DNA from: Ktedonobacterales bacterium
Lineage (GTDB): Bacteria; Chloroflexota; Ktedonobacteria; Ktedonobacterales; JADMIN01
Length of the DNA: 32,000 bases
Direction: 5' to 3'
Assembly (NCBI GenBank): GCA_030167145.1
Contig: CP126532.1
Location: 150,001 to 182,000 of the forward strand
Position 1 is the first letter of the stretch, and the number at the start of each line of letters is the position of its first letter. The position numbers were made by a program, and so were the translations under genes. The notes under the pieces were generated by a model. That model worked only from the letters and a program-made list of their open reading frames with translations. It was not told the DNA's origin and searched no databases. This document shows positions 9,490 through 20,584 of this stretch, in pieces.

Positions 9490-9519
9490 TTGACTTCATA
9501 CCGCACTGTACGGTATCCT
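9490..9519 (+). promoter_or_regulatory. Candidate promoter for the met leader
   Basis: TTGACT (9490-9495), 18-nt spacer, TATCCT (9514-9519). It lies about 30 nt before riboswitch helix P1. Confidence 0.4.
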
Positions 9520-9550
9520 CTTGGCAACAACCGAATACACGATGTCCACT

Positions 9551-9727
9551 CTCATCCAGACTGGCAGAGGGAAACGGCCCGATGAAGCCTGGCAACCCAC
9601 CCGCAACTGCGCGGGCAGGGTGCAAACTCCGGCGGAGCAATCCGCGAGATGAGGGGGATAGCAGCGACACGCAATGTGTCTCTTGCCTTCCGCCCCCACC
9701 ATTCGCTGGTTGGGGGCGTTTTATTTG
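9551..9727 (+). promoter_or_regulatory. SAM-I (S-box) riboswitch with its own intrinsic terminator
   Basis: CTCATCCAGACTGGCAGAGGGAAACGGCCCGATGAAGCCTGGCAACC...GGTGCAAACTCCGGCGGAGCAATCCGCGAGATGAGG matches the S-box core nearly position for position (GAGGGA, GGCCCGATGAA, GGCAACC, GGTGC-AA-TCC). P1 is CTCATC/GATGAG. The terminator is GCCCCCACCA/TGGTTGGGGGC (9692-9719) followed by GTTTTATTT. Confidence 0.9.
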
Positions 9728-9800
9728 GTTGATTGACTCTCCGAACAAAAAGGTGCAGCGCACCATCACGGCGCACGCCTCATATCCGTAACAAAGCACA

Positions 9801-10084
9801 GACGAGGACGAGTACCCAGAACGAATGTGGCGACAGAGAGCCGTAGTTGATGAGAAGTCGGCGCCATCTTCTCTGGCGAAAATGACCTTCGAGCCGCTAG
9901 CCGAAACTCCGGGTTGTTGCCCGTAGCAGTAGGCATAGACGGGTGGGCGCCGTTAGATCGCCCTGACGTTCTCCGCGTTCCCTGCGGACGACGCCAACAA
10001 GGCCGTGCGCCCTCGCGCGCAGGCGAACCAGGGTGGTACCGCGATTGACCTCTCGCCCCTGCACAGGCGGGAGGTCTTTTGTTT
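9801..10084 (+). promoter_or_regulatory. T-box leader, specifier codon AUG (tRNA-Met), with terminator
   Basis: GA/K-turn region plus AGTA (9811-9814). AG bulge AGAGAG (9835-9840). Specifier loop GAAA-ATG-A (ATG 9882-9884) followed by CCTTCGAGC. F-box-like CCGTTA (9950-9955). T-box sequence GGGTGGTACCGCG (10031-10043). Terminator GACCTCTCGCC/GGCGGGAGGTC (10047-10076) plus TTTTGTTT. Confidence 0.8.
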
Positions 10085-10105
10085 CCAAAAACAGGGCGGT
10101 ACACC

Positions 10106-12746
<2,641 letters not shown>

Positions 12747-12753
12747 TCAGCGT

Positions 12754-12815
12754 CTACGCGCTACGGGACAGTCCGGCATCTCGATTCTTCAGTCGCTAGA
12801 CCCCGTAGCGCGTAG
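12754..12815 (+). repeat. Perfect 14-bp inverted repeat between metY and aspartate kinase (RNA hairpin or protein site)
   Basis: CTACGCGCTACGGG (12754-12767) and CCCGTAGCGCGTAG (12802-12815) with a 34-nt spacer. A T-run (CATTTTTCTT) begins about 9 nt downstream, so this is not a textbook terminator. Confidence 0.5.
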
Positions 12816-12845
12816 CTTCCACATTTTTCTTCAAGGAGATACACT

Positions 12846-14057
12846 ATGCGCGTCATCAAGTTCGGCGGCAGTTCCCTTGCAAATGCTGAGCGCATCCTGG
12901 CTTCCGCGCAAATCGTCGCGACCGCCTCGCGCACAGCGCCTGTGACCGTCGTGCTTTCAGCCATGGCAGGCGTGACCGATACGCTGATCTCACTTGCTGA
13001 GCACGCGCTCGCCCGCAATACAGCCTGGCACGACATCTCCGATATGCTCGAAGCCCGACATCGCGCTATCTATACTGCGTTAGCCGATACCCCTACAGAA
13101 ACCTTTGTGCGGCAGTGGGACGCCCTGCTCTCCGACGCTGAACACCTTTCGGCGCTGCCCCAGAACACGGAGCCGACGACAAAGGCGGCGGCAGTGGCGC
13201 GCTTCTCTGGGTGGGGCGAGCGGCTCATCATAGATCCTTTTGTCTGGGCGCTTACGCATCTCGGCACACCTACGCGCGGACTTCTTACTGCTCCGGTGCT
13301 GCTCGCTAGTGTGGACGACTCGCTTCCAATCCCCTCCATCCTTGCCACTCGTGCCTATCTCGCTCCACGTCTGGCTCCCATGGTGGCGCGAGGTTGCGTG
13401 CCAGTAATTCCTGGCTATATCGCTGGCGACGCCACAGGCGCACTCACCACCCTTGGGCGCAACGGATCGGATTATTCTGCCGCCGTCATAGCCGCCGCGC
13501 TCGGCGCCGATTCGCTCGTCATCTACAGTGATGTCTCCGGTATCTACACTTCCGACCCCAACATCGTGCCAGAAGCGACGCTCATTCACCGGCTAACCTA
13601 CGCCGAAGCCGCCGCAATCGCCTCCCGTGGCGCAAAGGTGCTGCACCACAGCGCCACCGAGCCGTTGGTACGTGGACGCATCCCACTCTATCTCCGCAGT
13701 AGCCATCTTCCAGACATGCCAGGAACCGACATCATACCAGAGCCATGTGGTATCCGACCCTCACGCTGGGTCATAGCAGCGCATCCTGCCACCAACAACA
13801 CGGAGAGCGACATCACCATCACCTTCCTGCCTTCATGGTCCCCAAACAGCGTGTCTCCATCACCAGATCTCACATCACTTCTCGTTCGCTTCCCGCATGC
13901 GGCTATATGCGAGCAACCGTCATCTGATGCTATCTTTCCCACAATCCACTTCCGTGTACCCGCACACCAAGCTGCTGAAACGCAACGCGCGGCACATCGC
14001 ACACTCACGGCCTTCGATTGCATGGCTCACGAGATTATGACACCACACCAGTCCTAG
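12846..14057 (+). CDS. Aspartate kinase (monofunctional, short C-terminal regulatory region)
   Basis: RBS GGAG lies 7 nt upstream. Motifs: MRVIKFGGSSLAN, VVLSAMAGVTDTL, TLGRNGSDYSAA, YSDVSGIYTSDPNIV, GAKVLHHSATEP. Only about 107 aa follow the catalytic core. Confidence 0.85.
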   Translation: MRVIKFGGSSLANAERILASAQIVATASRTAPVTVVLSAMAGVTDTLISLAEHALARNTAWHDISDMLEARHRAIYTALADTPTETFVRQWDALLSDAEHLSALPQNTEPTTKAAAVARFSGWGERLIIDPFVWALTHLGTPTRGLLTAPVLLASVDDSLPIPSILATRAYLAPRLAPMVARGCVPVIPGYIAGDATGALTTLGRNGSDYSAAVIAAALGADSLVIYSDVSGIYTSDPNIVPEATLIHRLTYAEAAAIASRGAKVLHHSATEPLVRGRIPLYLRSSHLPDMPGTDIIPEPCGIRPSRWVIAAHPATNNTESDITITFLPSWSPNSVSPSPDLTSLLVRFPHAAICEQPSSDAIFPTIHFRVPAHQAAETQRAAHRTLTAFDCMAHEIMTPHQS

Positions 14058-15432
14058 ACAAGCTTGACGTATCTTCCACTCCTTCTCCCAACGCCATCGG
14101 CACACTGAATGAAAACACACTGCCGTATCCTAAACGGCTCTCCGCCCAGATACGTCCGCCATGTAATTCGACCAGATGCTTGGCGATTGCCAGCCCAAGC
14201 CCTGTACCAGCCTCAGCGCCTGACTCTAATACTTGCCGCCCGGTAACGCGCGTGCGAGCGCGGTCAGCCTTGAAAAACCGCTCGAACACACGCGGCAAAT
14301 CTTCCTCATCTATGCCGATGCCGGTGTCCGCCACCCGTACCACGAGAACTTCTGGCGTGCTGTCGGGCTGCGCATCAGCCTCGTGCGCTTTCTCACCCAT
14401 CTGCGGCCTAGACTCCTTTGCCACTGCCGATTCTGGCATGGTCACCGCAGACACCGTGACGGTCCCACCATCAGGTGTGTATTTGATCGCATTGTGGATG
14501 AGGTTAACAAGCACCTCCCCGATGCGCATGCCATCAATCAGCGCGTCAGGGAGCCTTTCGGCAGGCGGCATTGCCTGAAGTGCGATGCCGCGCTCCTCCG
14601 CCAGTGGACGCATGCGATCCAACGTGACCTCGATCAGCCCCTCCAGCTCCGTTGGCTCGCGTTTCAAGCGTATCTTGCCCGATTCGATGCGCGAAAGTTC
14701 GAGCAATTCAGTCACGAGCTGCGAGAGATGGTCAATTTCCACCCCAGCGCGCACAGCGAAATCTTGTGCCGCAGTGGGCGCCGTCCCTATCGCGGGAATC
14801 AACGTCTCGTTCAACAACTTCAACGCCGCCAGCGGTGTACGTAACTCATGTGACACATGCGACACGAAATCACTTCGCACGGTCTCCAGCCGTCGCAACT
14901 CGGTGAGATCTTCGATTGCCAGAACAAGATGCGTCGTCATCCCTTCCTTCGCCGAGATAGCGGGCTGCGACACAGAGGAAAACGAAAGCTTCAACGGCGT
15001 CACCCGCACACGCCATGTCTGCCCAGTAGCAGCCCGCTGAAATGTCCGCTCGACAACCTCTTGCGTGTGCGTCGCTTTCATCAACAGGCGCGTAGTATCA
15101 TAATCCTGAATTACCGTGGCGAGCATTCGCCGCACCACCTGAGCGCGCGGCAACGCGACTAGTGACAGCGCCGCAGCGTTCGCAAAGAGAATCACCCGGC
15201 TGCGATCCGTTACAAACACCGGATGAGGGTAGGCCTCCAGCGTCGCGTCAAAGAGTTCACGCAAATCGTCATTTTCGTGCGAGACCCCAGTATATGCCAC
15301 ATCCTCGATACCAGCATCCCGACGCGCACGCCACCACAGTGCCAGGCGATCATTCGGCCACAGCACCATTGCCGCGACCACTGCGCCGGTGAGAAACGCG
15401 ACGATGACATCGAGACTTGTCATCGTTTCCAT
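14035..15432 (-). CDS. PhoR-like sensor histidine kinase (TM + PAS + HisKA + HATPase_c)
   Basis: ORF 14035..15447. I prefer ATG 15432 (AAGGAG 5 nt upstream). There is one N-terminal TM segment. H-box FVSHVSHELRTPL, N-box NLIHNAIKYTPDGG, G1 VADTGIGI, G2 GTGLGLAIAKHLVELHGG. It is divergent from pstS. Confidence 0.85.
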   Translation of the reverse strand: METMTSLDVIVAFLTGAVVAAMVLWPNDRLALWWRARRDAGIEDVAYTGVSHENDDLRELFDATLEAYPHPVFVTDRSRVILFANAAALSLVALPRAQVVRRMLATVIQDYDTTRLLMKATHTQEVVERTFQRAATGQTWRVRVTPLKLSFSSVSQPAISAKEGMTTHLVLAIEDLTELRRLETVRSDFVSHVSHELRTPLAALKLLNETLIPAIGTAPTAAQDFAVRAGVEIDHLSQLVTELLELSRIESGKIRLKREPTELEGLIEVTLDRMRPLAEERGIALQAMPPAERLPDALIDGMRIGEVLVNLIHNAIKYTPDGGTVTVSAVTMPESAVAKESRPQMGEKAHEADAQPDSTPEVLVVRVADTGIGIDEEDLPRVFERFFKADRARTRVTGRQVLESGAEAGTGLGLAIAKHLVELHGGRIWAESRLGYGSVFSFSVPMALGEGVEDTSSLSRTGVVS

Positions 15433-15550
15433 CCTGTCTCCTTGCACGCTAGTCTATCTGTGCCTTTGACGGATTAGCGGACCTTACTCCTCACGATTAT
15501 AACATCACTCAACCCCCCAATTTTCCCGACGCGCACCGCAGTTCAAGCCT

Positions 15551-15604
15551 TTAACAGAGCTTTAACACTCGCTTAGGGAGCCATTAACGTGCCGCAGATA
15601 CATT
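15551..15604 (+). promoter_or_regulatory. Pho-box array and -10 element of the pstS promoter
   Basis: Direct repeats at an 11-bp period: TTAACA (15551), TTAACA (15562), a degenerate TTAGGG (15573) and TTAACG (15584). A -10-like TACATT sits at 15599-15604, 9-10 bp after the last repeat. There is no separate -35. Confidence 0.55.
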
Positions 15605-15710
15605 CAACACGGGACACGCAGAGAGCTTTGGTTCGCACAGATGAGATTGCTGCGAACTCGTGAATCATTCAGTGTCCAGTTTCTCTTGTTGAGGATGTTG
15701 AGGAGGCAAT

Positions 15711-16829
15711 ATGTTCGGTCGCACCTTCGCGATCCGCTCTCTCACAAGCAAAGCGCTGCTCGGCGCGGTGCTGGCGTCTACTGTCGCCATCGCCGCCTGC
15801 AGCGGCACATCGTCCGCTGGCAACGGGGGCAATACCTGCCCCTCTACAAACACCTTGACCGGTGCCGGCTCAACTTTCGACCAGCCGCTGTTCTCGAAGA
15901 TGTTCGAGCAGTACCCTAACGTGAAATGCGGTGCACAGGTTAGTTATTCGCCAGTAGGAAGCGGAACTGGCATCAGTCAATTGCTAGCCGGAACAGTGGA
16001 TTTCGGCGCCACCGACGCGCCAATGTCTGACACACAGCTTAGCCAGAGCACCAACGGCCCAATTGTCCACATCCCAGTCACACTGGGTGCTGTGGCCATC
16101 ACCTATAACTTGTCGCAAGTGCCCGCTTCCACTCAGCTCAAATTCACCGGCCCGTTGATCGCGGACATCTATCTCGGCACCGTCAAGTTCTGGGACGATC
16201 CTGCTATCACCCAGCTCAACCCTGGAGTCACTCTCCCCCATGAAGCCATCGCAGTCGTCCACCGGTCCGATGGCAGCGGCACCACTGGCATCTTTACCCA
16301 CTATCTCTCCGCAATTAGCCCGACTTGGCAATCCCAGGTCGGCGCCGCCAACACCGTCAACTGGCCAGTGGGCGTAGGCGCCAAAGGCAATGCGGGCGTG
16401 GCAGCGCAGGTGAAGAGTACTGCGGGCTCCATTGGCTACAACGAATTGGCCTATGTGCTCACCAACTCCATTCAGTACGGAGTCGTCCAAAATGCCGCTG
16501 GCAACTACGTCGCGCCATCGCTGGATAGCGCGAAAGCCGCAGCCGCCAACGTCACCCAAATCCCCGATGACCTGCGCTTCTATATCGTCAACGCGCCAGG
16601 TACAGACTCGTACCCCATCAGCGGTTTCTCCTGGGTCATTGTCTACAAAAACCAGAAAGACGCTGACAAAGGCCAGGCCATCGCGAACCTGGTCTGGTGG
16701 ATGATCCATGATGGGCAGCAATACTCCACACCATTGAGTTACGTCCCGCTGCCCAGCACCATTGTGACGAAGGGCGAGGCGCAAGTCAAATCACTTACCT
16801 GCGGCAGCAGCGCCTGCTACAAAGGGTAA
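15711..16829 (+). CDS. pstS: Phosphate ABC transporter substrate-binding lipoprotein
   Basis: RBS GAGGAGG. Signal peptide with lipobox VAIAAC. The TGAGSTFDQP motif is typical of PstS. It is followed by pstCAB. Confidence 0.95.
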   Translation: MFGRTFAIRSLTSKALLGAVLASTVAIAACSGTSSAGNGGNTCPSTNTLTGAGSTFDQPLFSKMFEQYPNVKCGAQVSYSPVGSGTGISQLLAGTVDFGATDAPMSDTQLSQSTNGPIVHIPVTLGAVAITYNLSQVPASTQLKFTGPLIADIYLGTVKFWDDPAITQLNPGVTLPHEAIAVVHRSDGSGTTGIFTHYLSAISPTWQSQVGAANTVNWPVGVGAKGNAGVAAQVKSTAGSIGYNELAYVLTNSIQYGVVQNAAGNYVAPSLDSAKAAAANVTQIPDDLRFYIVNAPGTDSYPISGFSWVIVYKNQKDADKGQAIANLVWWMIHDGQQYSTPLSYVPLPSTIVTKGEAQVKSLTCGSSACYKG

Positions 16830-16862
16830 GTTGTCGTAGGCATGTAGACACTACCAGGCAGC

Positions 16863-16902
16863 GCGTTGACTTCAAAGCCATTGTGGCCCAGACAGTCAAC
16901 GC
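16863..16902 (+). other. Intercistronic hairpin between pstS and pstC
   Basis: GCGTTGACT (16863-16871) and AGTCAACGC (16894-16902) form a perfect 9-bp inverted repeat with a 22-nt loop and no U-tract. It may act in mRNA stabilisation or partial attenuation (inferred). Confidence 0.4.
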
Positions 16903-16940
16903 ACTGCCAAACAGCGCAATTTGAGAGGAGGCTGACGTCT

Positions 16941-17945
16941 ATGCAATTTCCGCTGGCTGGTGCGCTCACGGCCACACAGCAACGCAGCCGTGCATGGCTG
17001 ACACAGTTACGCATCCAGGCACGACGCCCTGGTGATCTATTGTTCCGCAGCCTCATCATTCTCTTCGTCGTCACTGTCATTGGTGTGGTTGTGGGTGTCG
17101 CCTGGGTATTACTAAGCAGTTCTTTACCTACGATTCGCACCTTCGGACTGAATTTCCTCAGATACAATGCGTTTGATCCGGTGCATAATCTCTACGGCGT
17201 GAGCCCCGCGATTTTTGGAACGCTTGTTACTTCAGCTATAGCGCTCATCCTTGCACTCCCTATCGGCATCGGCACGGCGATCTTCCTGGTAGATTTCTGC
17301 CCACGCCGGCTCCGGGCTCCAATCGCCTTCCTGGTGGATGCCCTCGCCGCGATCCCAAGTGTTGTCATCGGCCTCTGGGGATTTCTAGTATTCGCGCCCT
17401 GGCTTCAGCACACAGGGGAACCCTGGCTGCAACAGCATTTCGGCTTTTTGCCTTTCTTCCAGGGCCAGCCCCAGGGTGTTGGTCTGCTTGCGGCCGGACT
17501 CATCCTCACCTTCATGATTCTGCCCATCATCACCGCTATTACGCGAGAAGTCATGTTGGTGGTGCCTGTATCACAGCGTGAAGCTATGCTGGCACTCGGC
17601 GCTACCCGCTGGGAGGTGATTCGCTATGCGGTACTCCCATTCGCGCGTGTTGGCATTGCCGGAGCCGCTATCCTTGGGCTTGGCCGCGCCCTTGGCGAAA
17701 CCATCGCTGTGACACTTGTCATCGGCAACCAGGCAGCACCGCCGAGCGCGAGCCTCTTCAACACCGGCTATACGCTTGCCAGCGTAATCGCCAACCAGTT
17801 TGGTGAAGCCACCCCAGGACTATTCATCTCTGCTGTCATGGAGGCTGGACTGATTCTGCTCATTCTTACGCTCATCACCAACATCTTTGCACGTCTTCTT
17901 GTTGCCAGACTAGGGCATGGTCGCGTCAGAAAGGTTGTCATATGA
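16941..17945 (+). CDS. pstC: Phosphate ABC transporter permease PstC
   Basis: ORF 16866..17945. ATG 16941 is preceded by GAGAGGAGG. It is multi-TM with an EAA-like loop (REAMLALGATRWEV) and sits between pstS and pstA. Confidence 0.9.
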   Translation: MQFPLAGALTATQQRSRAWLTQLRIQARRPGDLLFRSLIILFVVTVIGVVVGVAWVLLSSSLPTIRTFGLNFLRYNAFDPVHNLYGVSPAIFGTLVTSAIALILALPIGIGTAIFLVDFCPRRLRAPIAFLVDALAAIPSVVIGLWGFLVFAPWLQHTGEPWLQQHFGFLPFFQGQPQGVGLLAAGLILTFMILPIITAITREVMLVVPVSQREAMLALGATRWEVIRYAVLPFARVGIAGAAILGLGRALGETIAVTLVIGNQAAPPSASLFNTGYTLASVIANQFGEATPGLFISAVMEAGLILLILTLITNIFARLLVARLGHGRVRKVVI

Positions 17946-18850
17946 ACATTCGAACGTCGCTAGCGTCGGCATCCAAGCCCGCCAATCCCTTTCAACCCGA
18001 CCATGGCCTACTTCATGTGAGACGGCAGCTTGCCAATGGTGTGTGTATATTTCTGACCACACTCTTTGCCGTCGCTGCTGCTACCTTCCTGCTCTATCTA
18101 GTGCTGTACATAGCACGGCAAGGCCTTCGATTCCTTAATGTGGCCTTCTTCACCCAAGCGCCCAAAGCCGCAGGTGAGTTAGGCGGCGGCGTTGGGCCTG
18201 CCATCGAAGGTTCGCTGATTATGGTAGGGCTAGCCGCGCTCATTGGCATTCCGCTAGGCATGGCCACAGGTATCTATCTGGCCGAGTACGGTCGCGGATT
18301 CCTTGCTTCGACGGTGCGGTTTCTGGTGGATACCTTGACTGGCATCCCAACCATTATCTTTGGTCTCTTCATTTGGGTGCTCATCGTCGTGCCAGCGCAC
18401 TCGTTCTCTGGCTTTGCTGGCGGCGCTGCGCTCAGCATCATCATGATCCCCACTGTCGCACGCGCAACTGAAGAGGTGCTCCGTCTGGTGCCCAAAGAAC
18501 TGCGCGAAGCATCAATTGCGCTGGGCGCCACAGAGTCTCGGACTATCCTGCGCGTCGTAGTTCCTGCTGCACGCGCTGGCATCATCACCGGAATTATGCT
18601 CGCTGTGGCCCGTGTGGCAGGCGAAACAGCGCCACTTCTGATGACTGCGTTTGGTACTCCATTTTTTAGCACGAACATATTTCGTCCCATGGATGCGCTA
18701 CCTCTACGCATCTTCAACTCTACATTGAGTCCCTACGACATTGACATCCAGCATGCTTACGCCGGCTCATTCGTACTCATACTGCTCGTTATCGTCACGT
18801 CGCTGTCTGTACGCTGGGCTACTGGTGGCTTCAAGCCTAGAGGAAGATAA
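17942..18850 (+). CDS. pstA: Phosphate ABC transporter permease PstA
   Basis: ATGA start/stop overlap with pstC. It is multi-TM with an EAA-like loop (REASIALGATESRT). Confidence 0.9.
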   Translation: MNIRTSLASASKPANPFQPDHGLLHVRRQLANGVCIFLTTLFAVAAATFLLYLVLYIARQGLRFLNVAFFTQAPKAAGELGGGVGPAIEGSLIMVGLAALIGIPLGMATGIYLAEYGRGFLASTVRFLVDTLTGIPTIIFGLFIWVLIVVPAHSFSGFAGGAALSIIMIPTVARATEEVLRLVPKELREASIALGATESRTILRVVVPAARAGIITGIMLAVARVAGETAPLLMTAFGTPFFSTNIFRPMDALPLRIFNSTLSPYDIDIQHAYAGSFVLILLVIVTSLSVRWATGGFKPRGR

Positions 18851-18856
18851 CACCCG

Positions 18857-19666
18857 ATGTCTCAGGCAACCAACAGTCAAATACACATGCCCGATGCAGC
18901 AGCTACATCAGCGGCTGTCATTACGGCTCAGCATCTGAACGCCTGGTACGGGCAAACGCAGGCGCTCTATGATATCAGCCTCGCTGTCCCCCCAAACAAT
19001 GTCACCGCTCTGATCGGACCGTCAGGCTGTGGCAAATCCACCTTTGTCCGTTGCCTCAATCGCATGCACGAAGAGGTTGACGGCGCCAGGGTCAGCGGCA
19101 TCGTCGCAGTGGAGGGCGCCAACGTCTATAACCGTGGCATTCGCCCGATGTATGTCCGGCGCCACATTGGCATGGTCTTCCAACAACCAAATGTTCTGCC
19201 AACGCGGAGCATCTTCGACAATGTGGCTATTGGCGCACGTCTCAATGGCCTCGCACATGGAAAAAAGCTCGAAGCGCTAGTTGAGCAAAGTTTGCAGCGG
19301 GCGGCTATTTGGGATGAGGTGAAAGATCGGCTGAAAATGCCCGCTTTTCTGCTATCTGGCGGCCAACAGCAGCGCCTCTGCATCGCCCGCGCACTCGCGA
19401 TCCAGCCAAAAATCTTGCTCATGGATGAACCGTGTTCCGCGTTAGATCCCATCGCCACGCTACAGATCGAGCAGCTTATAGACGAGCTTAAGCGTGCCTA
19501 CACCATTGTCATCGTGACGCACAACATGCAACAGGCAGGGAGGATTTCAGATAGAACAGCGTTCTTCCTTCTTGGACGCTTGATCGAGGAGGACGAGACA
19601 ATTCGTATCTTCTCGCAACCAGCAAAGAAAGAAACAGAAGATTACATCACCGGGCGCTTCGGCTAA
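18857..19666 (+). CDS. pstB: Phosphate ABC transporter ATP-binding protein PstB (copy 1)
   Basis: Walker [10 protein letters not shown], signature LSGGQQQRL, Walker B LLMDEP, and PstB-typical C-terminus EDYITGRFG. Confidence 0.95.
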   Translation: MSQATNSQIHMPDAAATSAAVITAQHLNAWYGQTQALYDISLAVPPNNVTALIGPSGCGKSTFVRCLNRMHEEVDGARVSGIVAVEGANVYNRGIRPMYVRRHIGMVFQQPNVLPTRSIFDNVAIGARLNGLAHGKKLEALVEQSLQRAAIWDEVKDRLKMPAFLLSGGQQQRLCIARALAIQPKILLMDEPCSALDPIATLQIEQLIDELKRAYTIVIVTHNMQQAGRISDRTAFFLLGRLIEEDETIRIFSQPAKKETEDYITGRFG

Positions 19667-19688
19667 ACGCGAAAGTGAGCAAAGATAA

Positions 19689-20531
19689 ATGGTCCAAACC
19701 CCAACGAGTCATGTAACTGAAAGTACGGAACACATGGCGGACGAATCGGTGAATTCTCATATTGCAGTTGTGCTTGCGCCGATTAAAATGCAGGCACTGA
19801 ACCTGAACATCTACTATGATGATAACCATGCCATCAACAACGTCAGCATCGAAATTCCCGAACGCCAGGTCACAGCGCTCATGGGTCCATCAGGCTGCGG
19901 CAAATCCACATTCCTACGCGCCCTTAACCGCATGCACGACCTGACACCCTCGGCGCGCGTCACAGGCATCGTCAAACTAGATGGCCAAGATATTTATGCC
20001 CCAGACATGGACATCGTCCGCCTGCGTCAGCGAGTGGGTATGGTATTCCAGCGTCCTAACCCTTTCCCGAAATCCATCTTCGAGAATGTCGCCTACGGGT
20101 TGAAAGTGCAGGGTGGCCATAGCGCTCAGCAGATGAAGGAGACAGTCGAGCGTAGTCTGCGCGGCGCAGCCCTTTGGGACGAGGTGAAAGACCGTCTGCA
20201 TGCGAGCGCGCTCAGCCTCTCTGGCGGCCAACAGCAACGCCTCTGCATTGCGCGTGCGCTTGCCGTCGAACCCGAAGTCATCCTCATGGATGAGCCATGC
20301 TCCGCGCTAGACCCCATCGCCACCCTCAAGATAGAGCAGCTAATTGACATGCTCAAGCAGCGCTACACCATCGCCATCGTCACTCACAATCTTCAACAAG
20401 CTGGGCGTATTTCGCAATACACCGGCTTCTTCCTGACAGGCAACCTCATCGAGTTTGCCCCAACCACCCAGATATTCTCGCGCCCACAAGACAAACGCAC
20501 CGAAGACTTCATCACCGGGCGCTTCGGCTGA
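19689..20531 (+). CDS. pstB: Phosphate ABC transporter ATP-binding protein PstB (copy 2)
   Basis: Walker [26 protein letters not shown]-terminus EDFITGRFG. The start is uncertain (ATG 19689 or ATG 19734) and neither has a strong RBS. Confidence 0.9.
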   Translation: MVQTPTSHVTESTEHMADESVNSHIAVVLAPIKMQALNLNIYYDDNHAINNVSIEIPERQVTALMGPSGCGKSTFLRALNRMHDLTPSARVTGIVKLDGQDIYAPDMDIVRLRQRVGMVFQRPNPFPKSIFENVAYGLKVQGGHSAQQMKETVERSLRGAALWDEVKDRLHASALSLSGGQQQRLCIARALAVEPEVILMDEPCSALDPIATLKIEQLIDMLKQRYTIAIVTHNLQQAGRISQYTGFFLTGNLIEFAPTTQIFSRPQDKRTEDFITGRFG

Positions 20532-20584
20532 TCATAAGTCTACCAGCCGCAGCCATTATGCGCAGCGCAGAAAGAGGCACACAC

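Noticed and set aside
9066-9791. 241-aa plus-strand ORF spanning the permease 3' end and the SAM riboswitch
   Set aside because: It overlaps a well-supported permease in another frame and runs through a structured RNA element. Its composition is Arg/Pro/Ala-rich with no motifs.
10079-10105. Longest-ORF start for metX at 10079
   Set aside because: It lies inside the U-tract of the T-box terminator. ATG 10106 gives a normal MetX N-terminus.
18857-20531. Tandem duplicated pstB genes as a novelty
   Set aside because: Two adjacent pstB paralogs are an established arrangement (for example B. subtilis pstBA/pstBB). Both copies here look intact.
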